Notes under the pieces: generated by a model
The model's database searches: none
The model's input: only the letters and a program-made list of their open reading frames with translations
Told to the model about the DNA's origin: nothing
Assembly: GCF_963921235.1 (NCBI RefSeq)
Contig: NC_086097.1
Location: forward strand, 56,360,001 to 56,424,000
Direction: 5' to 3'
DNA length: 64,000 nucleotides
DNA from: Mobula hypostoma
Taxonomy: Eukaryota
Shown here: one piece after another, positions 39,270 through 52,810 of the stretch
Numbering within the stretch: position 1 is the first letter of the stretch
How the letters are laid out: every line of letters starts with the position of its first letter
Translations under genes and position numbers: made by a program

Positions 39270-40300
39270 AGAGCTTAGATTACAATAGCTTCAGACATGC
39301 TTGACAAACCTTTCAGATTTCTTTACAGAGAGAGCAAATCAAAGTAATGCTAAATTGTCCGATACACAAATTATTAAAAAGCTCATGAGAAAGGTTCTAC
39401 CTGTGGAGTCAGAGGAAAAGGGCTTGAACAGGCATCAAATAGACTTAAAATTAAGGAAAAACAAATAGTAGAAATGATTACGCAGATGGAAGTGAATGGA
39501 AAGTGAAAATTTGTCAGGTTCAGTATGGGACAACTAATAGATAATTAACATGATTTAAACATAGAATAACTAACTCAATTTCAAAATCTGCAAATGATAC
39601 CAAACTTGGCAAGTTTAGGGTGGAAGGATATGGAGGTTATTTAATAGTGAGAAAGAATGGAACATAATTCATAAAATCATTAGAGAAACTGTGAACTAAA
39701 CAGTTATCTGTCATATTAACAAAGATAAATGTGAAGTGATCCAATTTGTTAAGAAAAACAGAATATTTTGAAATAAAGCAGAATGGGCAATAATATATGA
39801 GCAGGAGCTCATGAAAATAATCTTTAAATTAATTTCACACGATTACTGCAAATCAGCAAAGCAATTAAAATATCAACAAAGAAACAGGATTAATGCATGA
39901 CTGCATGAAGTTTTAATATCATGAAGTTATGTTAAACTTGCGTAAGATCTGCAACAATTGCACAATTCTTGTCTCCAGATAGCTTAAAACACCGAGGAAA
40001 GTATAAAGTGATTAACAAAGATACATCAGAACTGAGAAGTTTCAGCCGTTGAGAAAGATTGATCAGGTTGGTCATTTTCATTAGAAAGAGATTGAGAGAC
40101 CAGATAGAGCTTCATTGGTGTGAATAATGGAATAGTGTGTAGGCGAAGAAAATGTTCCCACTTTTGGAAGAATCCAAAGACTGGAATTAAAGAGAGTTAT
40201 TTTAAATCCTGTGGGGAAAGTAAAGTTTTTTTTTAATTCAGTGGATAGACTGCTAAAAATCTGGACATTTTTGATGAAATATCTTAGATACTTTCAAAAG
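39270..40300 (+). mobile_element. Highly decayed CR1 RT remnant
   Basis: Traces of ISKFADDTKLG (caaaatctgcaaatgataccaaacttggc) and DKCEV (gataaatgtgaagtg). Confidence 0.55.
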
Positions 40301-40424
40301 AAAACTAAAGTATTACATTTCTGTAGCACATTTGTAATTTTAGGATGAACCAAAGTGATTTACAACTGATGAAGAACTTTTTAACTACATATTCAGTGAG
40401 ATATGAAAAAATACTGATTCATAA

Positions 40425-40770
40425 AGTCCTAGAGTCACAAAGTGATACAGTACAGAAAGGGGCCTTAAGTCCATGGCAAATGGCAACTATCTATTTAAAT
40501 CAATTCTATATTAATCACATTTTAACATTCTTCACACCTCCTCTCAACTCTCTCTCAATTCTACCACCCACTTGCATATTAGGAACTGTTTATGGTGACA
40601 AACCCACACTTCTTTGGCATATAGGAGGAAACCAGAGCACTCAGAGGAAAACCATGTGGTTACAGGGAGAATGTGCAAACTCTACACAGACAGCACCTAT
40701 GGTAAGGACTGAACTCTAGTCTCTGCTACTGTGACATTTGCCCTGCTAGCTGTATAACTACGCTGCCACC
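40425..40770 (-). mobile_element. V-domain/HE1-type SINE, old
   Basis: ggaggaaaccagagcactcagaggaaaaccatgtggttacagggagaatgtgcaaactctacacagacagcac is the reverse complement of the SINE body. Confidence 0.7.
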
Positions 40771-43171
40771 AAAGTGTTAACTAACTCCTTCCTTTTATTA
40801 CTTAATCATTTCAAATAGAACCAAGTGTACAATATTATTGAGCTACAAATGTTGTGGAATCCATCCTATTTACAATTCAGGACATCAAAGGACAATAATA
40901 TAGATGGAATATTTTGTGCATGACCAGTTTATTTTCTAGTCTGCAAGCCTTGTTGAATGTTAGTTTTAGACTTGACAAGCCTTTAATCAGGAACATAAGG
41001 AATAGGAAAAGGAGTAGATAATATTGTTCTTTGAGCAATCTGATAAAACCACAGCCCATCTGATCATAGACTCTATTCCTCATACTCCCAAAAATTGTTC
41101 TCCCTTGACTGGTGATAATGAAATAGTTAAGTTACTACACCACCAATTCTGAGGCCGGGACTGACATTCAAATATTAGCATTCAAATCCCACCAGGGCAG
41201 CTGTGGAATTTATTTTCAGTTAATAGTCTAGAACCTATTTTTGAAGTAACTGGTTATCAATGAAGATGAACATAAAGCCACCAAATTACTGTAAAAGCCC
41301 ATGGTGTTTTCTACAAAACTTGACCCCATGTAGGACTAAGCAGTAGGTTTGATCAATACCCCATCCAGCTCTCTAAGTATTAACTTACTCTATGGATAAT
41401 TCAAAAAAGTACATCACTGACAAAATGCAACACTACTTGGAAGTTTCTCTCCAACTGGCTTAATGCTCTAATGTGGGAATACATCACCTTTCCTTCATCA
41501 TCACTAGTTCCAAGTAGTAGAACTCCATTTGCAGCAACACTGAATGTTCGCCTGTTTAAGAAAGTGCCTCATCCCCACTTTTCTTGGGAGCACTTAGTTC
41601 AGGCAACAAATGCTGGTCTTGCCAGTGTACTCAGAAGCTGAACAATGAATTATAACAAAGTTGAAGGCACTAATTGATTCTATTTCCTTTAACAATTCTA
41701 CATTCACCAGACTAGGCACAGTGTGCAAAGTGAATATTCCACTACAGTGGGGTCCTCTGCTACCTCCAACGCTCTAAAACCATACCCGCGGATTGAACCC
41801 CAGTCACTGGAGCGGTGCACCAGCAACACTCTTTGCTGGGTTACTATTCCTCCTGACGCCACTGCCTCTTTTCAGGTTGCGAATGGTAACTCAAGAAGTT
41901 CCACGTCCATCGCCTTCTTTTCTGGTAGAATGTACCAGGCAAAGCAACCACAGGGATTCTCAAGGACTGTTCATGATGCAAAGAACTATCAATTGCACCC
42001 TCACTGCCTTGAGGACATGAAACAAAAACTCTGAGATCTAAAGAGGGCATAATTCCTCAAATGTCTATTTGGCTTATCACTTTTTTTAAGTCAGGAAAAT
42101 AATGCGGAACCCCTGATACCTAGTTAACTGCCATGACATGTTTATCATCTCACAGTCTTACGTGGCAGATATCACAGACACCAAATGCTGGCTCCTAGGA
42201 GACTGGAAAATCTGCTGAATATCCAGCTGCACAAGCTGGTCCAAAGAGACATAAAACTGAGAGCCATGCAATGATATAGGGCAGACAATATTTCTACTTC
42301 ATTTATTGTTCCAGCGACACCATGCTTAATAGTGAAAGGTTTATGTCTCATTTCATTACTTAGAGTCTTCCACAACATGATGATTGAGCAACTAAGCAAG
42401 CTCAGGCCTCACTAGGAAGCACAAGAGTAGGAGGAAAAAAAAGAGTTTGAAGCAACAGAAGATAGTGGGAGCAATGTCAGGACTTTCACATCACATAGGT
42501 TAAGGAAGAACAGTTAGCATAAAACTTTTAATGAAAGAAATACAAATCTAATTCCTGTTTAGTAAATAGAGCTATCAATGATTTCACACAGTTAGGTTTA
42601 GATACTGTTTTGGTAAGATGATGGGTGGCTTGTAATATTCAAATAAAACTTTGCCAGGCCACAATTTTCTCCTGCTCTAAAATTTAACCACCTCACATTC
42701 AACCTTTGCCAAATACCTTGCTGTTATTAATCTGTCAGTCACAATTCAATAGAAATGTATCTGGACCATCTAAATAATTGATGGGTCTAGAAAAGCGGAT
42801 CAAGGGCTTGTTAATCTGTGATGAACAACTCAGTTCCTGCTTCCCAAACCTCTCCCACCATAAATACACCATAGACTAATCTTTCACCACTTAGCTGGCT
42901 GAATGCAGAGCTTACACAATTTAAGGAGCTTGAGATTATTTGTGACAAAGCATTCCACCTGAAAGGCAAACTCTACACTAGATTAAATATTCCTCACTTC
43001 CACCTCTAGTTCACCATGGCTGTCATATATACGACATAAAAATGCACTGCCTCATGCTAATAAGTCTTCTTCTATAGCACCCAGCAAATTCATGACTTCT
43101 TTCATTTAGAAAGTTAAGGACAGCAATAGCTTGGGAATACCTCCACCTGCAAACACATTTCCAAGCCACAT

Positions 43172-46100
43172 AGAGTCATAGAGAAGCACAGCATAGAAAT
43201 AGGCCTTTTGGCCCATCTAGTCCACGCCAAAAACACTTAAACTGCCTACTCCCATCAACTTGCACCAGGACCATTGTCCTCCATACCCTTTCCATTCATG
43301 TCCCTACCCAAACTTCTCTTAAACATTGAAATCGAGTTCACATGCACCACTTGTGCTGGAAGCTCATTCCACACTCTCATGACCTTCTGAGTGAAGAAGT
43401 TTCTCTTCATGTTCCCCTTAAACTTTTCACTTTTCATCCTTAACCCATGATCTCTGATTGCAGTCCCACCCAACCGCAGTGGAAAAAGCCAGCTTGCACT
43501 TACTCTATCTATACTCTTCATAATTTTGTATACCTCTATCAAATCTACTCTCAGTCTTTACGTTCTAAGGAATACAGTCATAACCTATTCAATCTTTCCT
43601 TATAACTCAGGTCCTCCAGAGCCAGCAGATGCTTGTAAACTTTTTCTGTACTCTTTAAACCTTATGTACATCTTTCCTGTAGATAGGTGACCAAAACTGC
43701 ACACAATACTCTGAATTAGGCCTCACCAATGTCTTATACAACTTCAACATAACATCTTATCTCCTGTACCCAATATATTGATTTACGAAAGCCAATGTTT
43801 CAAAAGCTTTCTTTATGATCCTATCTACCTGTAACACCACTTTCAACAAATTATGGACCTGTATTCACAGATCCCTTTTTCCTACCATACTCCTCAGTCC
43901 CCTACCGTTCACTGTGTAAGATCTACCCTGGTTGGTCCTACTGAAGTGCAAAATCTTGCACTTCTCTGCATTAAATTCCACCTGCTATTTTTCCAGCTAA
44001 CGCAGATCCCTCTGCAAGCCATAGCCTTCCCCACTCTCCACGACACTCCCAATCTTGGTGTCATCCACAAATTTGCTGATCCAATTCATCACCTTATCAT
44101 CCGTATCATTGATATAGATGACAAACAACAATGGACCCAGCACTGATCCCTGCAGCACTCTAGTCATAGGCCTGGTCAGAGAAGCAACCATCTACTACCA
44201 CTCTCTGTCTTCTCCCACAAAGCCAGTGTCTAATCCAATTTACTACCTCATTTTGAATGCCAAACAACTGAACCTTCTTGACCAACCTCCCATGAGGGAC
44301 CTTCTCAAATGCGTTGCTAAAGTCCATGTAGACCACATCCACTGCCTTGCCTTCATCCACTTTCCTGGTAACTTCCTCGAAAAACCCTGATAAGATTGGT
44401 TAGACATGATCTGCCATGCACAAAGCCATGTTGACTATCCTTAATCAGTCCATATCTATCCAAATACTCACATATCTGATCCCTTAGAATACCTTCCAAT
44501 AACTTTCCCACAACTGATGTCAGACTCACTGGCCTATAATTTCCTAGTTTATGGTTACAGCCTTTTTTAAACAGCAGAGCATTATTGGCTATCCTCCAAT
44601 CCTCTGGTTCCTTTCCTGTTGCTAAAGATGATTTAAATATATCTGCAAGGGCCCTGTCAATTTTTGTACTGGCCTCCTGTGAGGTTCAAGGGAACACCTT
44701 GTCAGGCCCTGGGGATTCATCGACCCTAATTTGCCTCAGGATAGCAAACACCTCCTCCTCTGTAATCTGTACAGGGTCCATGAAGTTGATGTTGCTTTGC
44801 CTCACTTCTATAGACTCTGTGTCTGCCTCCTGAGTAAATACAGACACATAAAATTTATTTAAGTTCTCCCCCATCTGTTTTGGCTCCACACATGAATTAC
44901 AATTCTTAACTTTCAGGGGACCAATTTTGTCCTTTGCAATCTTTTTGCTCTTAACATATCTGTCGAAACCCTTAGGATTTTCCTACTCCTTGTCTGCTAA
45001 AGCACCTCATGCCTTCTTTTAGCCCTCCCGATTTCTTTTTTAAGTGTTGTCTTGCATTCCTTATATTCCATGAGCACCTCATTTGTTCCTACCTGCCTAT
45101 ACCTACTATGCACCTCCTTTTTTCTCTTAACCAGAGCTTCAATATCTCTTGAAAACCAAGGTCCCCTCCACTTGTTATCATTATCTTTTATTATGACAGG
45201 AATGTACAAGCTTTTTACTCTCAAATTTGAAGGTCTCCCACTAACCAAGTACACCTTTGCCAGAAATAGCCTGTCCCAATCTTCACTTGCCAGCTTATTT
45301 TTGATACCATCAAAATTGGCCTTTCTCCAATTTAGAATCTCAACCGGTGGAGCAGACCTATTTGCATATTTACTTTGAAACTAATGGCATTGTGGTCACT
45401 AGGTGCAAAGTGTTCCCTACACAAACTTCTGTCATTTGCCCTGTTTCATTCCCTAATAGCAAATCCAGTATCACACACTCTCTCATTGGGACTTCTATGT
45501 ACTGATGGAGGAAACTTTCCTGAACACATTTGACAAACTCCATCCCATCTAGTCCTTTTACAGTATGGGATTCCCAGTCAATATGTGGAAAGTTAAAATC
45601 ACGTACTATAACAACCTCATGTTTCTTGCAACAGTCTGCAATCTCTCTACAAATTTGTTCTTCTAAATCCCACAGACTGTTGGGTGGTCATAACACCTCA
45701 CAAGATAAGTTCTTCAGTCTGTCCTGATGGAGCACTGCTGTGACAATTTCACTGACTATTAAAGCCACCCCTCCTCCTTTAAGCCTTCCCACTCTGTCAA
45801 ATCTAAAACAACAGAACTCTGGAATATTAAGCTGCCAGTCCTGCCTTTCCTGCAACCAAATCTCACTAATGGCTACAATGTCATAATTCCAGGTGTTGAT
45901 CCAGGCTGTGATCTCATCCACCTTTCCTACAATACTTCTTACATTGAAATATAAGCAGCTCAAGACATTAGTTGAAACATGCTCAACCTTTTGATTCCTG
46001 ACTTTGTCTGATATCTTAACAACATCTGTCTCCGCAACCTCTTCACTAACTGGTTTCAATCCCCATGCAACTCTAGTTTAAACCACACCGTGCAGCATTA

Positions 46101-47222
46101 GCAAACCTTCCTGCTAGGTTTGTAGTCCCCCTCCAGTTCAGGTGCAAACTATATCTTCTGTACAGGTCGTATCTTCCCTGGAAAAGAGCCCAATGATCCA
46201 AAAATCTTATTCCCTCCCTCCTAAACCAACTCCTTAGCCATGTGTTAAACTGTATAGCCTTCCTAATTCTGGCCTCACTGGCAAGTGGCATGGGTAGCAA
46301 TTCTGAGATCACATCCTGCCCTTTAACTTGGCACCTAACTCACTGAACTCCCTTTGCAGAAACTCGTCACACGTCCTACCCATGCCATTAGTACCTACAT
46401 GGACCACGAACTCTGGGTGTTCATCTTCACATTTAAGAATGCTGAGGACTCGATCCAAGATGTCCCAAAACCCTAGCACCCAAGAGGCAACATACCTTTC
46501 GGGACTCAGCAGGCCAAGCAGCATCTATGGAAAAGAGTAAACAGTGAAAAGGGTGAACAGATGAAGGGTTTTCGGCTGAGACCGTTCATCTGGACTGGTT
46601 GAAGGGTCTCAGCCTGAAACGTCAACTGTTTACTCTTTGCCATAGATGCTGCCTGGTCTACTGAGTTCCTCCAGCATCTTGTGTGTGTTGCTTGGATTTC
46701 CAGCATCTGCAGATTTTCTTGTGTTTGTAATACCTACTGGGAAACTCATTCTCGCCCACAGAACCTCCTTTCTGTTCCCCTCACTAACAAGTACCCTGTC
46801 ACCACAGCGTGCCTCTTCTCCCCCCTTCTCTTCTGAGTCACATAGCCAGATTCAGTGCAAAAGACCCTCCTGCTGTGACATTCCTCTGCCAGGTCATCCC
46901 CTGCAACAGTATCCAAAGTGATAAACCAATTATTGAGGGGGAAGGCCACAGGGGTTCTCTGCACTGGCTCCTGAACCCCTTCCTGACTGTCACCCATTTT
47001 CCTGTGTCCTGCACCTTGTGTGTAACTACCTCTCGATATGTCCTGTCTATCAGCTTCCCTTCAACCCCTTCAGCCTCCCAAATGATCTAGAGTTCCTCAA
47101 TGTGGATTGTCAAAAGCTGCAGCTGGATACACTTCTCACAGTTGTAGTCATCAGGGACTCTGGAGGTCTCCCTGCCTTCCCACATCCCAAAAGAGGATCA
47201 TTTCACTATCCTGCCTGACATC
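43172..47222 (-). mobile_element. Near full-length degenerate CR1 LINE (ORF1 esterase and ORF2)
   Basis: ORF1 SGNH-like VVHVGTN and DHWALFQGR..LHLN; EN YFNVRSI..DIVAISEIWL; RT VDVVYMDFSNAFEKVPH, QGSVLGPLLF, KFVDDTK; tail at about 43175. Confidence 0.95.
46503..46728. mobile_element. Penelope-derived inverted-repeat element nested in CR1 ORF1
   Basis: actcagcaggccaagcagcatctatggaaaagagtaaacag is inverted to ctgtttactctttgccatagatgctgcctggtctactgagt. Two degenerate hammerhead halves face each other at 46565-46628. Confidence 0.8.
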
Positions 47223-47595
47223 TGTCAATGAGAACAAATCTCAATGTTTCTTCATTGTCATTGGGTTAAAGCCCTGGAGTTCAGTACTTCCTTATTTCAT
47301 AACATGGAATGCAGAGTGGAAGAAGACAATTTATCGAAGCTTCTTAATAAAATTTTGCTTGACCAGTAATGAACTGCCAAACATACTAATAATACCATCA
47401 GTTAGTACATAGTTACAAATATTTATACTGGAAAGAGCAAATAACGATAAATTTTAGGCTTTGAGGTACTCCCAATGACTCTATAGTGCAAATGAGAGAT
47501 CTGGTCTGCCATTTTGCTCTCTACCTGCCGCAGAAAAAAATATTTTTAATATGAAAATATTTACAACAGCTATGTGATGATTAAGAGAAATTGAC

Positions 47596-47688
47596 CTCTT
47601 CCTGCCTTATCTTTTCATACTGCATCTTCTCGATTTGTTGTCTTCGCCTGGAAAATTGCTTTGCAATTTCTGCTTGTATTTCTTGTGC
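47596..47688 (-). CDS. CCDC198: CCDC198 coding exon 4 (93 nt, phase 0 to 0; NAGNAG acceptor allows +Gln from 47691)
   Basis: Acceptor ttttaagcag, donor GAG|gtcaat. Encodes AQEIQAEIAKQFSRRRQQIEKMQYEKIRQEE, coiled-coil-like (cf. human RQYLHKMQ). Confidence 0.8.
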
Positions 47689-49015
47689 CTGCTTAAAATA
47701 AGTAGTTTCAGATTGTGACAGAACTTTGCACTATAGTATAGAAAATAATAAGTACAGAAAATGATGTGAAATCATTTCTGAACATATAATATAATTTCTC
47801 AGTAATATGATAAAATGTATTGGACAATAAGGCTTTCTATTTTATAAGCTGAATATCTGTAATTGATATTTTAAAAGTTAAGGTGTTGGAAATATCAGTA
47901 CATTATTCACAAACCACATGAATTATCAATGTAGAAGGGCAATTGGAGATCTACAAGTTCTCTTATTGAAGCATTAATTTTTTGTGAATCCAAGATTTCT
48001 TTCCACACATTGATCCCTCCTTCTCACTGGTTGAACATGATTATCTTTTTCATTATCCTAGTATTTTACCAGGATATCTGTGGGGGTAAACATTATCCAA
48101 AGATTAATGGATCTGAAATTATCTATGGAGTCACCCTTTGTAGGTAGAACTTAAAATCCAGTAATGAGACTGTATTTAACATAGGCAAATCCATCTGATG
48201 ATTTCTTTTGTGTATAGATAATTACCTTTGATAAAGAAAGGATTGTTAACTATATTTACTGTATGGTCTGACTCATGAGACTATATTACTCCGGTCTTTG
48301 TAGAGAAACTTCTTTTTCCAATTTTTATTTTGTTCCGGATGGGGACAAGTAGCAAATTTAGAAAAGAGAGCATCTTAAAAACTATATTTTTTTCCACTAA
48401 TCTTTCACAATTGATATTTAGTTTACAATCATTTCATCCTCTATGAGAATTATATTGTATCTTCAATGAATAAGGCTATTGATATTTTTGCTTTCAAAGA
48501 AAATGGATGTAATTAAGAAATCCAATCTCAAAACCAACAATGAAATTGTTCAATACCATACAAAACAAACTGAAATTGATCATTTGTCACGAAAGTCAAA
48601 GATACTAAGTTTAGATACATGGCATGCAAGTTTTAGAATACTAGTAAATGCCCCAGAATTCCACTTATTAAATATGAAAATAGACGCAAAGCATACCACT
48701 TTCTGAGAACGAGCTGTTCTGATGCAGTTTTCTCATCAATTCCTTATGAGGTGAATTGCTTCCATGACTAATCTGCGCATGAACTTCATTCACTAAAAGG
48801 GCCTCCTGAGGTTTTGACAAGCGCCAGATAAATATTACATCTTCCTTCCAACGTGAGAACACTCCCCCACACTCTCATGTACATTTCCCAAATCTATCCT
48901 ATTTGTGCTTTCTTTCACAAAATTTCTATTAGTATTCACTTTTGGGCAATTCTATGTCACAAGACAGTATCTTTCAGGAACTTTACTGCGACTGAATCAA
49001 TTTTTTTAAAGAAAT

Positions 49016-49400
49016 CTAGGAGCATGTTGACCATAGTCTTGGAAGGGTGCCCAGGTTTCATCCTCCCATGCTTGGGTTCCCATATGATGACTGGGCTGGC
49101 AGGTAGCTCGGGGTGGCGTAGACAGTGCTCCGCTAGTTGCAGTCTTCTCGCCTCGATTTTAGTGGTGAGCATCAGTAGGTTGTTATAGAGCTCGACGTTC
49201 GTCATGTGCTGTTGCCAACTCACATCAAGAGCCATCCGGAGCATTCGTGTATAGCAACCATCTAGAGGCTTTCGCATAGTCTTGGTGAGTGTCCACGTCT
49301 CGCATCCATACGTGAAAATGGACTCTGTGCTGCTATGAAGATCCTTTTTTTAAGCCCTCTGGTCAGGTTCAGCTTCCAGATTTCCTTCATGTCATTCTTG
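49016..49400 (-). mobile_element. RTE/RTEX-type LINE fragment, same family as 15971-16274
   Basis: LDGCYTRMLRMALDVSWQQHMTNVELY..RRLQLAEHCLRHPELPAS. Confidence 0.88.
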
Positions 49401-50868
49401 CGGCTTGAGAGAGGGGAAATCTTTGCATCCACATTTGGATCTAGATCCTTATTGTAGATAACTGGTATACAATTAATGCTTTCTGCCATTCTGATATTCC
49501 ATAATAATCTCAAAATATTTTTGAGAAATTTTAAAGCACATCTTTTCAGTTTCCACTAAAACTCAATTTAACAGTCACATCATTATGCTGCACACTATTA
49601 GCAATGTTCTATTTCCCTTCCATATATTTAATGCTCTTCATTTCTAACAAAAATAATTAAAAACCTATTGTATGCAGGTTGTCCGCTTTGAGGATTCTAT
49701 AGGATGTGACACAAGGAAGGAAGGGATGTAAAATCCTACAGAATTTAATCATAAATATTGTTTGCAGTAAAAAACATTGTATTGAAAGAAAGAGTGTTAT
49801 AGAACATTCTAATATAAAAAGCTGGTAGCCTGAGTTTGAAATATGCCCATATCCTGTGAACATGTTTTGTTAGACTCTGTCACTGACACAGAAAAAGTTT
49901 GGACAAGATATAGGATTACAACACTCTGGCTTGGAAATTGCTTGCTCTGCTAAAAGCATAAGTATTTTTGCCAAGAGCTTGCCAGTGTAAAAATACCAAA
50001 TTCTGATAAACAACTTGATTTTTTTTCCTGCAGTACACAGCCTGCGAAGGAAAATTTGGCAAGTCTAGAACCAGAACCAGGAGGTTCAAAGGGATTGGAG
50101 AGCCATTGGTCAAGAGTCAATCAGAATCTGATGGGCAATGGAGTGAAATCAAAACCTAGGGAACAATGCGGTAATTAAAGATCAAGGCACAGAAACTTAT
50201 GGGTGTAGGAAAAACAGTACAGGCAGCTGGAGTTGGAAGTCATGGATAGAGTAATTAGACATGAAATCTCAGGGGTAGCTGGAGACTGGGCCCTAGTGAA
50301 GAGTGGAAAAATAGATACAAGAGTGGGTCACCAGATCAGAAACCTCCAGGCATTGGGAGAGCAGGGTTCTTGATAAAAATTAAAGGAGCCCTTCTTGTTA
50401 TGAATTCCTTGCACTTCTTCAAAACAATGAGGCAGGCACTCTGTTGAAACATGCTGTTCTGTGAGTGACCAACAGAAAAAAAAGTACGCTGAAAAATGAG
50501 ACACAATTTCCCAGATAATTCTGAAAAAGAGCACTGCATGGGGAATGACATCATTCATTGCATGACTGATAGGGAAATCATTTTATTGATTGAAGAGTGA
50601 TTCTCATCCATAAGCAGTCAGTCAAATCTCCGGAACAGCACAATTTGTCCCAGAATATATAACAACTGCATTCCACTCTTTTCTAATTTATTAGAAATGG
50701 ATAATTTTCAGATGCCTGCCATTGTAAAAGATAAAATGGCACTTATCTATATTTGCAGACCGAATGTCTACATTGCCTGGCCTTTGACATAGCTTAATCA
50801 AATTATCTCCATAGGTCAAACATCATTACAGGATACTTGATATCTTCATATGATGTGGAATACTTCAC

Positions 50869-50952
50869 CTGTACTTTGCGTGCATTTGCTGCTCGTTTTT
50901 CCAGAAGTTTCTCTGATGTGATCACTGTGCAACTATTAATGGGTTCAAGCCC
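50869..50952 (-). CDS. CCDC198: CCDC198 coding exon 3 (84 nt, phase 0 to 0)
   Basis: Acceptor ttttacatttcag, donor CAG|gtgaag. Encodes GLEPINSCTVITSEKLLEKRAANARKVQ (cf. human KLEPIDLPRVITSGRLL). Confidence 0.9.
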
Positions 50953-51057
50953 CTGAAATGTAAAATAATAAAACAAATGCTCATGTTCATAGCTTTTCTT
51001 CTGCACAGCTTATGTTTAAAATAGTGCATTGTTTCTTTGTGTGGAGGCTACCTCAGT

Positions 51058-51238
51058 ACATACATTTAAGACAAGGCTGGATAGATTTTTGCATTGTAGG
51101 GGATTTAAAGGTTATGGGGGAAAGGCAGGTCAGTGGAGATGAGTCCATGGTCAGATCAACCATGATCTTATTGAATGGTGGAGCAGACTCAACGGACCGG
51201 ATGGCCTACTCCTGCTCTTCTTTCTTATGTTCTTATGT
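51058..51238 (+). mobile_element. CR1 3' tail
   Basis: ttgaatggtggagcagactc..ggcctactcctgctc..ttcttatgttcttatg. Confidence 0.8.
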
Positions 51239-52287
51239 AAGTGATGCTAGCAAAATAGCGGCCTGTATTTAATCATTAAATGTCACTTCTATGGAACTTG
51301 TAAGCAGTGTATTTGTTGTCCTTTGTTGCTGGACAAAGAAAATTTCGAATTCTGATGGGAATATTAGTTTACAGATTTAGCCCCCAGTTTAAAAAAATGT
51401 TTTCTCAAGATATATTGATTCTATTATGGTCATTTTTGTATGATTTCTTTTGTATTATTTCTTCCAGTCATCGCTGGGCTCCCTGATGAGAATTCCCCTA
51501 TTTGGGATTTTGGAACAAAGAATCGGATCACTGATAGGATACCAATCAGTTCAGGATATAGGACAGGACAGTCTGCCCACTTCAAAACATGAGATTCTGA
51601 ATCCAGTGGTGACCTGACCTCACTTTCTCAGGTAAATAATGCGGAGCAGATGAAAGAGATATCAGAACATTCCTCATATGCAAACACAAACTTCAAATAC
51701 CTTGGCACTACGGAAATGCATACCACACACAAATGAAATCAGTACCTAGTATTACAGCAAACATGAGGAAATCTGCAGTATTACAGGTTAATTTTATGTG
51801 GAACTATTCTTAACTAGAAATGGAAAAGTTATCAAGTATTGAAACCAGTGTAGAATGTCCATTCACTTTCTATTGAGATTCGAGACACACCCTTTTCCCT
51901 TTCACATGGGAAGGGGCCTTCCAAGCTTGAATTCTTGTGTACTATTGCTGTTGAATATTATGGCACTGATTTTACCAATGTCTCCTTTCCGCATGCTGGG
52001 CCAACCCATCAAGTGTCCTCATTTGAACAACTGGTTCTTCAAAACAAAGAGTTTTTACTGAATAAACTAATGAGAATTTGTAAAATAGGATGACTTTGTG
52101 TTAAAAAGGAGCTTAAAAAACAGTTTGGAAGCCCAAAGTTTCAAAAGAATAGAAGTCTTTTCACCTTGGATAGTGGAATTCTGGTGGATGGTATTTCTAA
52201 ATCTGGTAACAGGAACAGTGTTGACATTCAAGGCATAATAAGCCACATAAGCAATATGCAGAATTTATTATATATAGACATTGTTGA

Positions 52288-52810
52288 CAGAATCAGAATC
52301 ATATTTAATATCACTGGCCTATGTTGTGAAATTTGTTAACTTAGCATCAGTGTAATGTAATACATGAAAATATAGAAAATATAAATAAATCAGTTACATA
52401 AAGTCTATGTATGTATATTAAATAGTTAAATTAAAAATAGTACAAAAACAGAAATAATAAATGTGAGGTAGAGTTCATGGGTTCAATGTCCATTTAGGAA
52501 TTGGGTGGCTGAGGGGAAGAAATTGTTCCTGAATTGCTGAGTGTGTGCCTTCAGGATTATGTACTTCCTTCCTGATGGTAACAATGAGAAGAGGGCATGT
52601 CCTGGGTGATGGGGGTCCTTAATAATGGACACCACCTTTCTGAGGCACCGCTCCTTGAAGATGTCTTGGATACTACAGAGGCTAGTACCCAAGATGGAGC
52701 TGACTAATTTTACAATTTTCTGTAGCTTCTTTCAATCCTGTGCAGTAGCCTCCTCCCTGCACCCCCCCCCGCCATACCAGACAGTGATGCAACCTTTCAG
52801 AATGCTGTCC
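52288..52810 (-). mobile_element. Rex1/Babar 3' end
   Basis: IIKDPHHPGHALFSLLPSGRKY; cagaat tail units at about 52290. Confidence 0.85.

Noticed and set aside
48697..48805. Minus-strand exon-like segment (EALLVNEVHAQ...) between CCDC198 exons 3 and 4
   Set aside because: 109 nt would break the frame; poor pyrimidine tract; no resemblance to CCDC198.
51701..51745. 45-nt in-frame mini-exon candidate VLISFVCGMHFRSAK
   Set aside because: Weak acceptor, and exons 2 and 3 already join as in the human protein (RRFQ/GLEP versus QRLQ/KLEP).
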